Assembly: GCA_050273025.1 (NCBI GenBank)
Contig: CP158635.1
Location: 31,186,001-31,250,000, forward strand
Length of the DNA stretch: 64,000 nucleotides
DNA from: Cenococcum geophilum
Lineage: Eukaryota
Direction of reading: 5' to 3'
Of the stretch, positions 52,861-64,000 are shown one piece after another; position 1 is the first letter of the stretch; each line of letters starts with the position of its first letter. The notes under the pieces were generated by a model. The model searched no databases and was not told where the DNA came from. It saw only the letters and a program-made list of their open reading frames with translations. The position numbers and the translations under genes were made by a program.

Positions 52861-55513
52861 GCATCTAATAACTATAAGTAGTTCCTTATTATATATCTTG
52901 TAGTTTAATTTAACAGGGGTAAGTTTCTGGGAGAGAAAGGCTACTAGGCGCAGCTCGCCGTTCTTATTATACTGCGATAATACTCCTCCTAGTATATAAT
53001 TAGATAAGTCTGTTTTAATAATATATTTAAGGCCTAGATTAAAGTGGGTGAGAATTAGAGTAGTTGTAAAACGATATTTTAGGTCGTTGAAAGCTTATTT
53101 ATATTTAATAGTCTATTTAAATCTTATATTCTTCCTTGTTAAGTTTACTAATAGCTAAATAATTTTTAAGAAGCAATTAATAAATTAATAGTAAAAATTT
53201 GCGAATCCTAGAAATCCTTAGATATTTTATATACTACTAGGACTTTCCCAGTTTATAATTATAGCGATTTTTTTAGGGTCTATTTTAATTCTATTGTAGG
53301 ATATAATTAGGCCTAAGTATATAACTTTAGACGTATAGAACTTGCATTTCTTAATATCGTATTATAAGCCCGCGTCTTATAGGCGTTTAAGGACTATTTA
53401 GACGTACTTCCAATGCTTAGAAAGTAAAGATAAATAGATTAAGATATTATTAATATATTACTAAAGTATACCAGGACTGTTTTTTATACTAAATAGCATT
53501 ACTAGGTATTTAAAAAGTCCCCATTATATACGGAAAGCTATATACTTCTTATCTCCTTCGCAAATACGGATTTAATTAAAGGCAGCGACTACATTAAGCT
53601 TTATAAAGTATTGTGCTTTTACTAAGCAGTTAATCATTTCTTAAAGTAGAAAAATTGGATATTAGTTTTAAATTGTAATTATATTTAGAGCTTAATAATT
53701 AACATAAAACCTTAAGCCTCCTATAGGTTTCTTAACGAATAGTATAGGTAAGGCAAATAGTAATTAACTAGGGCGAATAAATCCTTTCTCTAGGTACTCT
53801 TTGAGGTATTATTATATTATAAGCAGCTCTTTTTACAATATACCGTATAACGGGCTAAACTTTAGCATTATACTAGGTTTAAGTTTTATCTTAAAATCGT
53901 GCTTATCTTAATATAGGGGTAGTTAATCTATAAATTGTTTCTTAAATATATTAATTAGATTATAATATTCTTTAGGTATAAGAGGTTGGGGGTTAATATA
54001 TTACTTCGGTTCTAATGCCTTCTTAATATCTTCTAGTATTATAGTAAAGATCTTATAGTTTTATTTTCTTACTAACAAATAAAAGGGTATAGCTTATATT
54101 ATATAAATTTTAAGGGGTTTTAATATATCATTTTCGTATTTTTTACCGTGATTAGCAGTTATAACTATATTGTGTTAGTTTGAGGTTTATAGCAAGGGTA
54201 ATTCGTATTATATTAAATTTAAATAGTTATGTGTATATTTATAGGGTAAGTAGTGTTTTAAGTAATAACTTCGGTGGTAGGTTATACAGAATTTTAGTAT
54301 TTCTTTAACCCAGCTAATTAAAGGATTGTGTTGTTTTAGCTATTTATATTTAAGTATTACCTTATAATACTTTAAGGGTATTATAAATAGGGAAACGTAT
54401 TTAAGGTGTTTGCCTATCCGCATCTTTATAAAAGCGTAGTGCGTTAGTTTACCGTATATTAAAGGCTTATTATTAAAGGCTTATAGGCCTTAGGGCTTAT
54501 TAAGTTTCTTTAAATTTAAGTATTAAGTTTTCGCGTAGTTTATATTAATAAAGCTTATACTAGTGGCTCCGCTATCTATAAGGATTTATACTTCCTTCTA
54601 TTTTCTAAATATTTAAATTTTGCTAAGTATATTAAGGGAGTTATATTATATATTAGCGCTAGAAGAGCCTAGATATTTATACTCTTCTACTTCTTATTTT
54701 AAGGCGCAATTTAGCCCTTAAATAATTCGTTTTCTAAGTTAATTAAAGGTAAGATACTTTATAGCGACCGAGTATAATTTATAGAATAAGTATAACTTAA
54801 GGACTAAGAGGAGCTACGGCGGACCTTTTTAAAAGGGTAAGTTTAGTAATCCCTTTAAATATATCCCTTTTTTCTACATCTAAAATATTCTCTATTTATA
54901 GCTCGTGTTCTTTATTTCTTAGTTCCTAAAGGTATATAGGATTGGGTAGTATTAAGGTCCATAGGGTTATATATAGGGCTTTTAGGTCTTAAAAACGGAT
55001 CGCGCTTTAGGGTATATACTAGTTTTATAGAGTTTTAAACGCAAGGTATTGTTAGCTTTAGGGAATAAGTCTATTTATTATATTAAAGGTCCTTATTAAT
55101 TTATTAACATATTATAGCAAATTTAGGTAAGTCCTTTAGCAGTTCTCTACCTACTAAGTATACTCTAATTTTATTCGAAATAGCTTGGCGAAGAGTAGTA
55201 ACTTTAGTAGCTTTATTCTAATCTAGTTTACTAATAAGGCCTAAAAATTCCAAAAAGAAGCTGGTAAAGTCTCGGTTCCGTTATCGTAGGTTTTTAAGTT
55301 TAGTAATAGCTATATATTCACGGCTGGCGTTATTATACATTCGTTCTAGTAAAGAGATAAAGGTTTTAAAATTAACGAAGGTGCTATTACGGAAGAATAG
55401 GTCTATAGTTCGTATAGCGTCTTTATTTAAATAAGACATTCTATAGCTAATCTTACTAGCTTTAGTAGGGTATTAGTTATAGTTTATTAAAAGTTTAAAA
55501 TAGAGCTTAGTTA

Positions 55514-56074
55514 ATAATAATTTATTGCTTAACGTCCGATTTGGATCCCTATTAGGCCTACGCAGACTACTCCTTATATACATATAGGGAGAAAACTCTA
55601 TTTAAGAAAACCCCGTAATCCATCTCCCTGCCTTTTAGGACTCGCCTACGCGGCGCCTATAAGGCGCCTGCGAGTTACCTGTAGTGCTCCTACTACCTTA
55701 CTTTTTAACCTCCTTAGGAACCACTGTTGCCGTAATAAGCCTACGGACGCGCTAGTATTGTAAACTTTACTCTACTACTGTAGAGTTATTAAAGGGCGCC
55801 CGTTGCTCGCCCCCCTACTCTCTATTATTATTTCCCTTGCAACCCAGAACTGGTTTAGTACATTTTGGCTAATAAGCCACTAGGTAACCGCCTTAAGGCC
55901 TTTTTGTGTTGAGAGCAGTGTATTATAGTTCTCTATGCCAGCTACTAAAAGCATTACTTCTTAGTTAGTGCGTAAGGGCATAACAGTATTACGTGCTTTG
56001 TTGTCTATCTTAGCCAGCCATATTCGCATCTTATGCTACCTACTAGGACACCTACCTAGTAGAGCTAGTCTTTT
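55514..56074 (-). mobile_element. 5'-truncated Tad1-like LINE M (family distinct from C)
   Basis: 16-bp TSD AAATAGAGCTTAGTTA (55498-55513, 56075-56090); C-terminal knuckle CE(C)GWxR(Q)TTKHVILLCP at ~55975-56030; short ATT tail. Confidence 0.88.
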
Positions 56075-59000
56075 AAATAGAGCTTAGTTATAATGGGACG
56101 TAGGTTATTTTAATTTCTATTAAATATTAAAGGGTTAGGGAGCTTTTTAGATTTTATAGTAGGTACTAGGTTTATTATAAGTATAGGTTAAGCTGCTATT
56201 ACTGGTTTGGGGTTTATATTTAATGGGTCAGGTTTATATACATTTATTTTAATTTCGTTTATAGGTGTTGCTATTAGGGTTTCCAACACGAGTACTTTAG
56301 CGTCGTAGAGTTCTTTATATATTGCTTTAATTAATTACTAATGCTAAGCTTTTAGTATAGTTTATTACTGGGCCAAGGCATCTATAAAGGACTGTTGTAT
56401 TATAGTCATTTGTTCCCTAACTAGGGCTATAATAGTTAACGTGGCGGATTTAAGTTCGTTTACTATTTTAAGGGTATTAGTATAGACGCAACGTAATATA
56501 AGGGCGTAGAGAGACTTTAGGGAAGATTTAAAGGAATAATATAAATCCTATCTAAATTTAATAGTATATAGCTCTTGCTAAGAACAAGATGTTACGTAAA
56601 GAAGAGAAAGGAATAATAAGAGAATTATATAATTAAATAGTTAGGGGCTTAGTGGTCAATGCGTGCGTATATACGCACGCAGTCTTTAACGGACTTTGGT
56701 AGAATTTAATTAATCTGACAGAATTCGGTCAAAGCGTTGGAATTTATCTATCGAGTGTTTTACCGAGACATTCCTACTATAACTGGGCTAGTCCCGTTAC
56801 ACCTAACGCCTTCCTTTATATAAAAGATTAGTATTATAATAGAAAACCTTATACATCTATAGATAAACACTATTTACTAAGCCGATACAACACATAGGGA
56901 CTAGGCTTTTAAGAAGGATATACAGCTTAATCTACAATAGATCCGTATACTACGCCGCCCCTAGACTACCTATATTACACTACCTGCACTAGAGACTTAG
57001 AAAGTTAATAGTAGCCTAGCTAAGTCCCTAATAGAGAACTTAGGCCCCATATAGCTATAAAGAAAGGCTAGGGATATTAGATAATATACTAAACTAATAA
57101 ACCGGAAAGATAACTTATAGAAAATAAAATATAAGCTAAGGAAGACTATAAACCCTATACCGCAAAATACAGCCTAATAAACACCTATAAAGAAACCCAT
57201 AGACCTCCTACCAGTTAATATCTAATATATTAGCGCTATAGGATTCTACTAAAACCTAGTTTAGCCTAATACCGTTACCTTTACTACTAGCTTATACAAA
57301 ATTAATTAAATAATTAAAGAGAAAGAAGCCCTAGTCTAAGAGAAAGGCAAGTTTATAGATAAGGAGCTAGTAGAATAGAAACTACCTAGTTAATACTAGA
57401 AATTTAAAGACACCTTTTCTAAAGTAGTGTCTAATATACTTCCGCCTTACTAACTATATTACTATAAGATTAAAATTAAGCCAGATAAGGTAGTTACCCT
57501 TAGCTATAGCCCCCTCCAACAGTAATCTACTACTAAGTTATAGGCTATAAAGCAGTATCTTATTAATAACCTAAATAAGGGCTTTATTAAGCCTAGTTAA
57601 GCCCCTTTTAACTTACCTATTCTTTTTACTAAAAAGCCAAATAGAGGACTTTATTTCTGTATCGACTACTATAAGCTTAATAATTTAACCCTTAAAGACT
57701 ACTACCCACTACCTTTACTTAATAAGACTTTAGCCCAAATAAGTAGAGCTAAGATCTTTATAAAGCTTAATATCCGCTAGGCTTTTTACTAAATTAGAAT
57801 GGACTCTAAATTAAAAAACCTTATTATATTTCGGACCTATTACGGAACGTATAAATATAAAGTATTACCTTTTAGACTAACCAACGGACTAGCTATATAC
57901 TAACAATATATAAATAATATACTATTTAACTACCTTAATAACTTCTATATAGTATACCTAGATAATATTATAATCTACTCTAAAAATAAACTAAAATATA
58001 AAGAGCATATCTATAAAGTCCTATAACGGCTTTAAGAAGCTAGCCTCTAAGCCAATATTAAGAAGTTAGAATTTAGTATTAAGCATATAAAGTACTTAGG
58101 GTTTATTATTAGTATAAATAGGATTAAGGCAGACCTAGAAAAGACAGCTATAATTAACTAATAGGTACCCCTAAGGACCGTAAAGGGGGTGTAGTTATTC
58201 TTAGGGTTCTATAACTTCTACTAATACTTTATTAAGAGCTATAGCAGAATTACCCAGCTACTAAGCCTACTTACCCACAAGGGCCGGCCCTTTTACTTTA
58301 ACACTATATATAGGCAGGCCTTTAACGAGCTTAAGAAACGACTAGCCTCTACTCCCTTACTTACCCACTTTAACCTAAAATAGCCCTTAATGCTAGAAAC
58401 CGATGCCTTAAATAGTATTATAGCTAGCGTTTACTCCTAAAAGTAGATAAACGGAGAATAGCACCCTATTACTTACTATTTAAAGACTATAGTAGATATT
58501 AAGCTAAACTACCTAATTTACAATAAAGAAATGCTAGCTATTATCTTTAACTTTTAGCACTAGCGAGCCTAACTAGAAGGTACCCCTAAGTCTATCTAGG
58601 TAGTTTCCAATTATAAGGCCTTAGAATATTTTATAATAATAAAGGCCCTTATAGCCCAACAGGCGCGCTAAGTAGACACCCTATCTTAGTTTAACTTCCT
58701 AATTATATATAAGCTAGGCGCCACTAACCGTACGGACGCTCTTATAAGGCGTAAACAGGATATAAACAACTAGACAGCCGTAAAGATCTTATTATAAACC
58801 TAAGCGCTACTATAACTAGAGCACCTTAACTCCTAAATATAGGTAGAACTAAATATAGACTCTTTAGACGCTAAGATATACCCTATTAACTCTATAAAAC
58901 TAGACCTTATTAATAAACTACTATAGGTAAATTATATGGCCCCTTCTCTACAGGAGTACCGCAAAAGGGCAAAGAACGCCTTTAGCCTATAGTCCCTTAA

Positions 59001-59747
59001 AAGTAGACTACTTAAGCACCGTAAATAGCTAGTAGTAGTAGAGGAATAGAACTTACGGACTTAGCTTATTGCTAAAGCATATACCTAGGTCTCTATAGCC
59101 TACCCTAGAAAAAATAAGACTTATAGGATTATTAGTAACCGCTACTACTAGCCTAGAATAATTATAGATATTAACCACTATATATAGAACTGCAATAACT
59201 GCAATAAGTCTATAATTCCACAAGATAAGACTCTAGGACTATTAAAACCCCTCCTAATACCTAACCGCCCCTAGCAATATATCTCTATAGACTTTTATAA
59301 GCTACCTCCAGACTATAACGGATATAATATAATTATAATCCTAGTTAACTACTTTAGCAAGCGCCCGTTCTTAATTCCCTATTATAAGAATATTAATACT
59401 AAAGAGGCGGCCTAACTATATATCTACTACATCTACTAAATTTACGGACTACTAGATACTATTATATCTAACTATAGGCTATAGTTTATATTAGCCTTTT
59501 AGAATAAGTTTACCTAGATCCTAAGCATTAAGCTAAAGCTTTCTATAGTATATTACCCCCAGATAAACGGTTAAATAAAGATTATAAATTAATACTTAAA
59601 CCAGAGACTCTAGCCTTTTATTAACTACTTTTAGAATAACTAGGCTAAACTATTACCCTTAATAGACTACGCCCAAGCAACCCTACCCTACAACTCTACC
59701 GGATTTGCCCCTATTTAACTAGAAATAGGTTACCTACCCTATATAAG

Positions 59748-60982
59748 TGTCACGGCACTGACCTGACACGTTGTTATGACTTAGTGTTATCATAACACGA
59801 GCACAGACCTGACCCCTGAGCGACGTGTATATATACCACTTCACCTCCTACATAGATCCTCACACGACATCGTTTATCAATCATATACAGTCACCTCGTA
59901 TATCGTACCTTGACAGTCCGCACGTACTGTGACAGTATATCGTGTCATCTTATACGCCTCTGGTAAGGCTTTGTTTCCACCGTTCTGAAGCTAAAGCTAC
60001 GACCCTACCCCAGGCGGGATTCTTACCCCCGTTTTACGTTAATGCGACCCAGTAAAATCTCTGTCGAATCCATTCGAGTACCCGAGCCGATCTCCTCTTC
60101 GTCTCCTCTTTAAGTTTCTAAGCTGGCAGCAGGGAGACACCCTGCGGGCTATAGTTTCTCTTCTCAGTCTCTGAGTTTCCTAGGCCGGCAGCAGGGAGAC
60201 ACCCTGCGGGCTATGGTTTCTCTGTCTCAGTCTCTAAGTCTCCGTATCTAGCCATGCTTTTGCTTCACGTCCCGAGTTTCTAAAGCCGGCTGCAGGGAGA
60301 CACCCTGCGGGCTATATGGCTTACGATCTCGTCTCTGTCTCCGTCTTCAAATCCGCATAGATACTACAAGTTTACCGCGACAAGAATCTACGCTTTAACC
60401 TCGATCTCCGCACTCCGAGCCTTTCGAGTCTACGCAATAACCTCGATCTCCGTAACCCCCGAGCCTTTCGAGTCTACGCCTTAACCTCGATCTCCGCAAT
60501 ACGCCCCGCGGTTACATTTTTTTTCGTCTCCTCCGTTTTCCATATTAGTTTCGCTCCTTCGCCTCAGCTTTATATTATATCTAGCACTCGAGACGAGTGC
60601 TAGCGGAGAGCGATGTAGTAGGGATATAGGTAGGAGGGTCTAAGGACTGTAAGGACGAGGACCTTTAAGGACTGGAAGGACGAGAACCTTTAAGGACTGG
60701 AAGGATAAGGATATATGTGGTCTATTTTTTTACTTCCGTGTTTTTACTGCCGTCACTTAGCTTACAGGAGCTCGCCTTATTGGGGAGGGATGTACTATCA
60801 CGGCACTGACCTGACACGTTGTTATAACTTGGTGTTGTTATAACACGAGCACAGACCTGACCCCTAAGCGACGTGTATATATACCACCTCACCTCCTACA
60901 TAGATCCTCACATAACATCGTTTGTCAATCATATACAGTCACCTCGTATATCGTACCTTGACAGTCCGCACGTACTGTAACA
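59748..60982 (+). mobile_element. Non-autonomous LTR element E2 (same family as E1, opposite orientation)
   Basis: LTRs ~59748-59934 and ~60796-60982; TSD ATAAG; PPT GGGGAGGGA; interior homologous to E1 with different repeat counts. Confidence 0.95.
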
Positions 60983-61686
60983 ATAAGCTTTAACTAGAAA
61001 AGACTAAAAGGGCCCTAAACTATACACAAAAAACTATTTTATAAGGAAGCCTAGTAGTACGCCAAGCGCTTAGAAGAAGCCTAAAAAGTAGCCCATATAA
61101 ACCTAGAAAAGGCCTAGAAATTAATAAAATAGCAGGTAAATAAGTATAGGCGTAAGCCTAACTTTACTATAGGCGATATAGTCTAGGTTATAATAAAGAA
61201 CTAAAAGACAAAACGGCCTAGCTATAAGCTAGACTATAAGATAGCAGAACCATATAAGATTCTTAATAAAGTAGGCAACTTATACAAGGTTAAGCTCCTA
61301 GACTTAATTAAAGTTTACCCTATTTTCTTACCGGATAAGCTATAGAAAGCTATAAATAACCTACTACCTAGATAAAAGAATAAACCTCCCCTACTAATTT
61401 AAGTTAATAGTAATAATAAATGGGAAATTAAAGAAATACTAGCCTATAAACTTGTAAAGGGAACGTTAAAGTATTATATTAGTTGGAAAGGATATAACCT
61501 AAACCCCACTTAGTACCCTATATATAACTTTATAGGTAATACCTATAAGCTTTAGAAGTTTTATAACTATTACCCTAATAAACCTAAACCGCTAAAGTAC
61601 CTAGATAAGTGGATAGAATACTAGTATAACGAAGATAATAAGCCACTAGAAGAATATAAGGACAAAAACGCCCTAGAAATTTCTTA

Positions 61687-61768
61687 GTTACGTAAGGTCT
61701 TAAAATATCTAGGAACTTTAACCGGCGGTTAAAGTTGTCTAATTAGTTATATTCCCTTACTAAGACTT
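61687..61768 (+). other. Conserved hairpin cassette in the Gypsy H 3' UTR
   Basis: AACTTTAACC-GGC-GGTTAAAGTT (61714-61736) plus conserved flanks. Confidence 0.8.
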
Positions 61769-62295
61769 TTAGCAATAAAGCCTAAAGGTAGGCTTTTTGT
61801 AAGGACGCCAAGGTCCTTAGGGCATGTAGTAACGTAATAATAGTAGCGGAATGCAATAGGTATCTAGTTCTTGATAAAGTAGAACTATAAAACTAAATTC
61901 TGTTGTTCTCTAATGCGGGGCGACTACGTTTTGTAGGCGCCTCGTCTGCGCCTTACCTACGCTAAGCCGGTTACGGCTAGTGCGTCTCTATAGCCTAATA
62001 ATTACCCCCCCCTTCTTAAGCGGCTGTTCTTAGCCGACGCTATTATACAATAGGAGTGCTATTATTGCCCTTCTCTAAATAAAAAGTTTTTAATAAATTT
62101 AAGTAAATTAGATAATATAATAATAGGATAATAGGATAATAGGATAATATAATAATAGGATAATATAATAATAGGACCTTATAGAGATCTATAAGGGTAG
62201 GAGTTCCCACCTAGGTAGGATATTAGATTTCCCTTCTAATTCTATTTCAATTTGTTTAGCCTACGGATTACCTTCTTTACAATTTCTAATTAACT

Positions 62296-63063
62296 ATAAA
62301 TCGCAAGCGTTAAGCTGCCGGCCCGCCTGTTAGTGAACCTTCTGTAAGTATTCTTTATACTAGCTTATAGCTATCGCTAACCCTACTAGGCGCCGTTAAA
62401 GCTCCTATACCGCTTATAAGCCGCTCCCCTAGCCTTGCTAGAACTAATCTGCCTCCGCTATACCAAGCGTATAGCCACCGCTAGGCGGGCTACCTATAGT
62501 AAGTAGGCTAACCATAATTATAGATACTACTAATAACTAAATAAGTTGTGCCAACTAGTAAGTCTAAGTACATTAATTTAGGTTTTAATAGCTAACAGAC
62601 TAGGTCCCTAAGGCCTTTTATAGCCGCCTAAATAAGCTACTCGCCCTTATTAATAGGGCTAAGCGCTAGCGGGTTGTTAGCGGAGATATAGCTAACCTTA
62701 ACGCTCGCGTTATTACCGTCTAGAAGTCCTTTATAAAGGATATTAAGGCCTTAGTACGCACCGGCGCTAAGTACGGTCTCCGCCAGCGCCTAAAGGGTAA
62801 AGACTTTCCCCTACTCTAAGTACAGGAATTATAGGCCATCTATTATACCCTTAAAGGAATTCTTAATATAATACGCGCTTTAGTATATGTCGTAGCGTAG
62901 GTATTTCGCCGTTATAACGTATGCTAATAGTACTTGTAGGCTAATATACCTCCTATTATAAGGGATAAGGAGGAGGATAAGGGGGAGGAGGATAAGGAGG
63001 AGGAGGAGGATAAGGAGGGAGAGGAGGAGGAAGAGGAAAGAGGGGAGGAAAGGGAGGATTTAT
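62296..63063 (+). pseudogene. RIPed 4-exon gene antisense within element N: six-Cys Zn(II)2Cys6-like motif, helical middle, acidic tail
   Basis: Three phase-0 introns (62344-62389, 62558-62603, 62883-62939) with GTAAGT/GTAT(G)T donors, GCTAAY branch sites and TAG acceptors. Exon 2 de-RIPed: CLR(C)xKRIATAxRAT(C)SK(Q)ANHN(C)RY(C)xxLNKLC. Start (ATA, from ATG) and stop are inferred. Confidence 0.7.
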
Positions 63064-63482
63064 TGGAGCTGTAGAGTATCTATATTTCTATTAGCGTACT
63101 ACTATCACTCCGCCGTCGTTCTGTTATCGCCCTACTAATAGGGCGTAATCCTAGTTCTAATTAAAAGTTTTTTATTCTCCTACCTACTTTCTTTTCTATT
63201 TACCCCTTAGGGTAAAGTAACTATTATATATCTCCTTTATGTCCTTATTAATGTCCTTTACTAGGACCTATTTATTATACTCTTCTAGCCAGCCTTTTTA
63301 CTTAACTAGGTACTATAGGGTCTAATTATATCCCTTTCTTCTACGTACTTCTTCTACCTTATATTAGTCCTCTTAGTCTTCTTAATCGTCTAGCTTAATA
63401 GGCCCTAATAGAGGGTCTCTAGTAGTGCCCTTACGTTATTTATATAGCTCTAGTAAGCTAATATAGAATACTAGGTAGATAT

Positions 63483-63621
63483 CCCTTCGCACGTTGGAGT
63501 CCTACACTTAGCGCCAAGCCTAGGAACATCGTGCCCAGCTGTACACACGGGCGCCCAATACGCGCCTCTTATTGGCCAGACCCTTATCGATACCGTAGGA
63601 CGCAAACCAACGTGCGAAGGG
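63483..63621. mobile_element. 139-bp MITE, un-RIPed
   Basis: Perfect TIRs CCCTTCGCACGTTGG / CCAACGTGCGAAGGG; interrupts the LPTSYxIHPVFH integrase motif of N. Confidence 0.9.
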
Positions 63622-64000
63622 ATAGTAAGACGTAGGTAGATATAGCCGGTATACTTACTTTCCGACTAGTTCGGCTATACTAAAAGGTCCAATAAAGCGT
63701 GCTATAAGTTTCTTACTTGGCCTTTTTAGTTTAAGGTTCTTAGTTAATAGTAAAACTAAATCCCCTACTTTATATACCTGTAGTTAGTAATAATAATTAT
63801 AGTATTTTGCCTATGCCTCGGTAGCGTGTTCCTAGCGTTTCGCTAGCGCTCTACGTTTAAGGGATATCCTTTTAATCCTCTTAGAGGCGGCTAGAATAGA
63901 ACTACTGTCGTCTACCTTAACCTTATATTCTAGATATAGGTAAAACCTATAGTAGGTATAAAACGGGCTTATACCCATTATACTATATTTAGTATTATTA

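Larger units (their letters stand above)
48795..56801 (-). mobile_element. Gypsy/chromovirus LTR retrotransposon G (heavily RIPed) with inserts K, L and M
   Basis: 305-bp LTRs 48795-49099 and 56497-56801; TSD CCTAA (48364-48368, 56802-56806); minus-strand gag/pol relics. Confidence 0.93.
38409..61797 (+). mobile_element. Gypsy/chromovirus LTR retrotransposon H (relative of A), interrupted by I, J, G, E2 and N; 3' LTR not in window
   Basis: 5' LTR 38409-38632 (U5 like A's); gag from 38858; pol pieces 39960-40076, 48026-48368, 56802-59747 and 60983-61680, colinear with A. Confidence 0.92.
61798..64000 (-). mobile_element. 3' part of Gypsy/chromovirus LTR retrotransposon N (extends beyond the window)
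   Basis: LTR-like 61798-62000 starting TGTAAGG; reverse PPT C-run at 62005; chromodomain YLVK(W)KGW(P)EEYN(E)(W)V at ~63265-63315; integrase C-terminus KKLIARFIGPF ~63680-63715. Confidence 0.85.

Noticed and set aside
1721..52864. ORF-track entries as real genes
   Set aside because: All are short and lie within repeats or TEs. 23806-24027, 27031-27402 and 30122-30328 are LINE/Gypsy fragments and 7215-7934 are RepHel fragments; the rest appear to be chance frames.
62111..62178. GGATAATA-type short tandem repeats near the PPT of N
   Set aside because: Low-complexity RIPed repeat; no supportable function.

Overview
This is fungal-type heterochromatin made almost entirely of nested transposable elements. 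It carries a strong repeat-induced point mutation (RIP) signature: CpA/TpG depletion, TpA excess, and LTR pairs that differ mainly by C>T/G>A. I see no intact host gene; the ORF-track entries are TE fragments or spurious. From TSDs and LTR pairs I resolve three blocks. (1) A 9.7-kb unit (32-9747) with hAT-like TIRs and an 8-bp TSD encloses a RIPed Helitron Rep/helicase gene, a copia gag-like fragment and tandem arrays. (2) A five-deep nest runs Gypsy A > Gypsy B > LINE C > Gypsy D > TRIM E1, with a LINE-derived non-autonomous element F also inside A. (3) Gypsy H hosts Gypsy I, Gypsy G (itself holding three non-LTR inserts), a 421-bp un-RIPed TRIM J, TRIM E2 and Gypsy N. The most notable observations are a spliced antisense Zn-cluster-like gene inside Gypsy N, a hairpin cassette shared by the 3' UTRs of four different Gypsy families, a self-priming TRIM with tRNA-like Pol III A/B boxes, and the TIR-bounded Helitron unit. 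Protein motifs were read by eye after mentally reversing RIP, so internal domain coordinates are approximate.
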